DNA of 63,420 bases, the filler included, from Dimorphilus gyrociliatus (lineage: Eukaryota > Animalia > Annelida), in NCBI GenBank assembly GCA_904063045.1. It is 4 parts of 4 records of this genome, joined end to end, with 100 filler letters (N's around TTAATTAATTAA, not from the genome) between each part and the next. Parts side by side here need not be neighbours in the genome. Positions count along the whole stretch, not along the records: positions 58,687 to 63,420 come from CAJFCJ010000333.1; 3 more parts are not named here. One strand, written 5' to 3'. A model generated the notes under the pieces. It did no database searches, was not told where the DNA came from, and saw only the letters and a list, made by a program, of their open reading frames with translations. Shown here piece by piece: positions 62,330 through 63,420 of the stretch (the stretch's first letter is position 1; each line of letters starts with the position of its first letter). Made by a program: the position numbers and the translations under genes.

Positions 62330-63420
62330 GAAGATTACGATGATGATGACTCGATATCATCCAAAATCTCTGAAAATTCTTATGGTGATTCGGAGCAAAA
62401 CATTGTAAATAAACAATATAAATAATTTTCTTTATATTCTTAGTTTTAAAGTAATTTTATCATTTTTCTGTAATTTTAATTAGAAAAAATGGATAGCAGA
62501 AAATATTAAAATGAGAATATGCAATCAATTCACTCCAACCAAGTAAATATTTCATAATTCTATTCATTCATTTATTAACCATCCAAAAAATAATATTTAC
62601 AGGGATGAAGGGACGTGCTATTGTGGATTTGTCAAAAAAGAACATCGTATTGAAATAAATCCCTCTTTAGAAACTGAAAGAATTCAATGGGATGCTGAAA
62701 ATTGTACAACAACTACACCTTCAAATGCATTCGGTGAAATTTTCTTTGGAGATTGCGGTTCTTCTAAAAAGTCCAAGGTTCCAACTTTATCTATAGAATT
62801 ATATTGAATTTAAAAAATAGAGTTTCTTTTTCCTTAGTTTGTAAGATTAGATTGTGAAACTGATGTAAAAGTTGTTAAACGACTCTTAACAAAAGTTTGG
62901 AAACTTGATTTGCCAAATTTATTAATATCTGTTACTGGCGGTGCTGAGACTTTTCATCTTAAAAGAAAACTGACAGAAGCATTTCAAAAAGGCCTTATCG
63001 AAGCTGCTAAACTGACTAAAGCGTGGATAATTACAGGTGGAACTAACACTGGAGTTATGAAATTAGTTGGAGAAGCGGTACGTGACCACTTATTAGGTCA
63101 CGATCAAAAAGTTAACGTTACTACAATTGGTATTGTTCCATGGGGTTGTATAAGTGGAAAGAACGCGTTAATTAATAAAGATAATCCTCAGACAGGATTA
63201 TGGCCAGCTTATATTAAGACACCATTTAGAAAAGAACGAAATGAAGCTTCTTTGGAACCCAACCATTCTCATTTTCTTCTGGTTGATAACGGAACACAAC
63301 ATAATTTCGGAACTGAAATTCGTTTCAGGGCACGAATAGAAAAAGCTATTTCGGAAACAAAAACTGGTAGAGGTAAAGATTCCGCAACTATTCCAGTAGT
63401 ATGCATAGTTCTAGAAGGTG
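62330..63420 (+). CDS. TRPM: TRPM-family cation channel, N-terminal MHR1/2 (SLOG) region; partial at both ends
   Basis: Exons 62330-62404, 62484-62542, 62603-62777 and 62838-end splice in frame: KWIAENIKMRIC, CYCG, NAFGEI, WKLDLPNLLISVTGGA, AWIITGGTNTGVMKLVGEAV, IGIVPWG, LEPNHSHFLLVDNG, PVVCIVLEG. Confidence 0.96.

Overview
This window is a eukaryotic assembly concatenation, not one molecule. Four scaffolds (A 1-27415, B 27516-32702, C 32803-58586, D 58687-63420) are joined by an artificial 100-nt spacer (44 N + TTAATTAATTAA + 44 N), and they appear to come from two organisms. Scaffold A, and probably B, look microsporidian: the genes are intronless with CCC/GGG motifs beside the ATG. They include a microsporidian-type diphthine synthase (DPH5), an Air1/2 zinc-knuckle gene, a ~5.2-kb polar-tube-protein-3-like gene split by indels, a forkhead gene, an LRR gene and a putatively secreted RING protein. 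These genes sit among Helitron, MULE, Tc1/IS630 and Merlin transposons. Scaffolds C and D look like an AT-rich invertebrate animal with 50-80-nt introns. They hold a GRL101-like SRCR/C-type-lectin/LDLa/LRR/7TM receptor, a CBM14-CBM14-TSP1-C1q gene, an SRCR-repeat gene, a TRPM channel, Gypsy remnants with an env-like ORF and a solo-LTR family with ATGT target duplications. Scaffold C opens with a ~4-kb-arm palindrome that is probably an amplification or assembly fold-back. Many genes carry single-base indels in homopolymers, most likely sequencing error. All family assignments come from motif recognition by eye; no searches were run.
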